Shown: positions 61,884 to 64,000 of the stretch, in pieces
How the letters are laid out: every line of letters begins with the position of its first letter
Position numbering within the stretch: position 1 is the first letter of the stretch
NCBI GenBank assembly: GCA_937968015.1
Contig: CALBSO010000109.1
Location: forward strand, 82,115-146,114
Source of the DNA: an uncultured Thermomicrobia bacterium
GTDB taxonomy: Bacteria > Chloroflexota > Chloroflexia > Thermomicrobiales > JALYUS01
DNA length: 64,000 bases
Direction of reading: 5' to 3'
The notes under the pieces: model-generated
What the model was told of the DNA's origin: nothing
Databases searched by the model: none
The model's input: only the letters and a program-made list of their open reading frames with translations
Position numbers and translations under genes: made by a program

Positions 61884-62471
61884 CTACTCTGCAACCGCCG
61901 TGCGTGCCGTCGCATGCTCCGCCGTATCTTCGTCATCGTCCGGAGCGTTCGGAACGCGCGGCGGCACGTATCGTAGCTGGGCCTCCGGATTCTCCATGTA
62001 ATCCGTGAACATAATCCCTTCAAGATGGTCAATTTCATGTTGAAGGACGCGCGCCACGAACCCGTCGGCGGTAATCTGGATTTGGCGGTCTTGCATGTCG
62101 TACGCGCGTACAACAACCGAACTATCGCGTTCCACCGGCCCATACCAGTAGCGGAAAGAGAGGCATCCTTCGTCTTCGATCTCCTTCCCGCCCCGCCGCC
62201 GGATGATCTGCGGATTGTAGAGAACGCTCTGGAAACCGGGATCTTCTTCGTCGAGATACTTTGGCGGGATATTGACGGCGATCATCCGGACCGGCTCGCC
62301 AATCTGCGGAGCGGCGATGGCAATGCCATCGCCAACGGCGGCGAGCGTCTCGACCATGTCGCGGGCGATTTGTATGGTTTCCTCATCCAGTCGGCTGATC
62401 TTCCGCGCCCGCGTCCGCAGGACCGCGTCGCCTTCGGGGGTGTTGATTTGCACTATCTCGCGCTTCGCCAT
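61884..62471 (-). CDS. def: peptide deformylase
   Basis: GIAIAAPQIG, EGCLSF and QHEIDHLEG are the three PDF motifs. GGGAGG SD. Confidence 0.93.
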   Translation of the reverse strand: MAKREIVQINTPEGDAVLRTRARKISRLDEETIQIARDMVETLAAVGDGIAIAAPQIGEPVRMIAVNIPPKYLDEEDPGFQSVLYNPQIIRRRGGKEIEDEGCLSFRYWYGPVERDSSVVVRAYDMQDRQIQITADGFVARVLQHEIDHLEGIMFTDYMENPEAQLRYVPPRVPNAPDDDEDTAEHATARTAVAE

Positions 62472-62702
62472 TCGTCTTCTCGCCTCCCGTTGGATGATAA
62501 CACCAGACAGGCAACGCGACTACGAGGCGAACCAGATGACGCAAAGGTTGCAGAGGATAGTGGTTTGATTCCCCTCTATCCTTTTTGCGATCTCCTTTGC
62601 GGGTCAAGCAGTTTCTTGGATGCCTGCAACGGCAATGCGCAAATCCGGCGCGGGAATGGCGTATTACGATGGATGAAACGCAGCCCGAACCCGCGTTTCG
62701 CC

Positions 62703-62732
62703 TTGACACTCGAAAGTCGCGAAACGTATGAT
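62703..62732 (+). promoter_or_regulatory. promoter TTGACA-18-TATGAT upstream of rny
   Basis: TTGACA at 62703-62708 and TATGAT at 62727-62732. This would give a leader of about 210 nt before the rny ATG at 62949. Confidence 0.55.
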
Positions 62733-62948
62733 GGCTGTGGAACGGTTTCACCGATGGGGAAGGGGTGACCGCGATGCGGATTGAGATGCTTTTGAGCCTG
62801 GCATGGCTGGGATTTTGGTGCATGCTCTTCCCGCGCGTTTCACGCCCCTTCGGTCCGCAACCGCCCCAACGACTATTTGTCCAGGCAGGTGTCCCGGGTG
62901 CGCTTACACGAACCAACATCCAACGGGGACACGAAGGGATGATTTCAA

Positions 62949-64000
62949 ATGGGATTCGTCGCACTATTGGTGGGCCTTGTTGGGCTCGCCATCGGAGCGG
63001 CGGTGGCATGGGTAATTTCCTCGCGCATCAAGGATACCAAGGGGCGCGACGAACGACAGCAAGCCCAGGCCGACGCCGAACGGATTATCGAAGCAGCGAA
63101 GGCGACCGAGCGGGAACTCACCCTCGCCGCCAAAGATGACGCGCTGCGTCTCCGCGAGGAGATCGAGCGGGAACTGAAGGAGCAGCGCGCCAACATCCAG
63201 CGGCAGGAGCGCCGCATCCAGCAGAAGGAAGAGACCCTTGACCGCAAGACCGCGCAACAGGAAAAGCGCGATCAGGACCTCGACACGCGCGAGCAAGAGG
63301 TGGCTGCCATCCGCACAGAGGCAGAAACATTGCGCGCGCGGCAACTTACCGAACTCGAACGTGTCTCGAACCTGACGCGCGAAGAGGCGCGCGGCATCCT
63401 CCTCGCCTCCATCGAGGAGGAAGTGCGGGATGCCGCGAACCGCCGCACGCGCGAGATCGAAGCCGAGATCAAAGAAGACGCGGATCGCCGCGCCCGCGAA
63501 ATCCTCGCCACCGCGATCCAGCGGTGTGCGCCCGACTACGTCGCGGAAGGTCTCGTTACCGCCGTGCCGCTCCCCTCGGACGATATGAAGGGGCGGATTA
63601 TTGGGCGGGAGGGCCGCAACATTCGCGCGCTCGAACAGGCACTCGGCGTGGACCTCATCATTGACGACACGCCGGAGACGATCATGGTCTCATCGTTCGA
63701 TCCGGTGCGCCGCGAGACCGCGCGTCGCGTGCTCGCGAAACTCCTGCAGGACGGGCGGATCCATCCGACGCGCATCGAGGAAGTGACCGAGCGCGTCACG
63801 GCGGATATGGATCAGGTCATCAAGGAGGAGGGCGAGCGCGTCGCCTACGAGGCGGGCGTTGCGGGCCTCCATCCGGAACTGATCCGGTTGATGGGTCGCC
63901 TGAAGTTCCGCACCAGTTACGGCCAGAATGTTCTTCAGCATTCGCTGGAAGCCTCGATCATCGCGGCGGGTATCGCGGCGGAGATCGGCGCGGACATCAA
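62949..64000 (+). CDS. rny: ribonuclease Y, 3' end outside window (not in supplied ORF track)
   Basis: Own translation from ATG 62949: [25 protein letters not shown] (TM), a long Glu/Arg coiled coil, the KH motif [19 protein letters not shown], then [19 protein letters not shown] (start of the HD domain). The frame stays open to nt 64000. Confidence 0.92.
   Translation, partial: MGFVALLVGLVGLAIGAAVAWVISSRIKDTKGRDERQQAQADAERIIEAAKATERELTLAAKDDALRLREEIERELKEQRANIQRQERRIQQKEETLDRKTAQQEKRDQDLDTREQEVAAIRTEAETLRARQLTELERVSNLTREEARGILLASIEEEVRDAANRRTREIEAEIKEDADRRAREILATAIQRCAPDYVAEGLVTAVPLPSDDMKGRIIGREGRNIRALEQALGVDLIIDDTPETIMVSSFDPVRRETARRVLAKLLQDGRIHPTRIEEVTERVTADMDQVIKEEGERVAYEAGVAGLHPELIRLMGRLKFRTSYGQNVLQHSLEASIIAAGIAAEIGADI

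Noticed and set aside
62765-63139. 124-aa ORF (and an internal ATG at 62774) upstream of and overlapping rny.
   Set aside because: It overlaps the unmistakable RNase Y frame by about 190 nt and has no protein-like composition beyond its first approximately 20 residues. It is mentioned only as part of the rny leader finding.
1-64000. Search for tRNA, rRNA, tmRNA, RNase P, SRP RNA, transposases, integrases, phage genes and known defence systems.
   Set aside because: I found no T-loop/acceptor-like tRNA signatures (GTTCRANYC contexts) in the intergenic regions, no rRNA-like tracts, and no proteins with transposase, integrase, Cas, restriction-modification or toxin-antitoxin signatures. An eye scan can miss small RNAs, so tRNAscan-SE and Infernal should confirm this.

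Overview
This is a 64-kb chromosomal segment that is visibly GC-rich with strong GC3 bias. That bias produces many long antisense shadow ORFs in the supplied track. Gene content and local synteny are Terrabacteria-like, and several blocks mirror the Bacillus 'ylo' neighbourhood: rpmB-yloU(asp23)-yloV(fakA)-degV(fakB)-recG, rsmD-coaD, rqcH / remA-gmk, def, accC-asp23-nusB and yceD-rpmF. Together with TolB/PD40, S8 protease and NlpC/P60-SH3b exoproteins, my guess is a Chloroflexota-type genome; this is inference only. I call 62 protein genes. Two are cut by the window edges: a GDE_C glycosidase at the 5' end, and RNase Y at the 3' end, which is missing from the ORF track because it has no stop in the window. 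Most genes are housekeeping: a tsaE-tsaB-rimI-tsaD block, a fabH-fabD-fabG-accC-acpP region, tatC, the CCA enzyme and hpt. There are small accessory islands: a GT2-GT4-GT-C glycosylation operon, a peptide ABC importer, hydrolases, and MarR and HTH regulators. I found no rRNA, tRNA, CRISPR array, transposase or integrase. No clear-cut new multi-gene system is visible. The most unusual content is non-coding:
1. Families of tandem heptamers that sit on stop codons and pair with inverted copies.
2. A REP-like GCAGGCTG palindrome family at gene 3' ends.
3. A TACGTACG palindrome found only next to promoter-like elements.
4. A near-consensus promoter carrying a Gram-positive-type LexA box in front of an unrecognisable 75-aa ORF and a VOC/bleomycin-resistance-fold gene.
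Protein-level oddities include a long protein-isoaspartate-methyltransferase (PIMT) homologue coupled to def, and an HPRT with a nuclease-like N-terminal domain. Small-motif coordinates were counted by hand and may be off by 1-2 nt.
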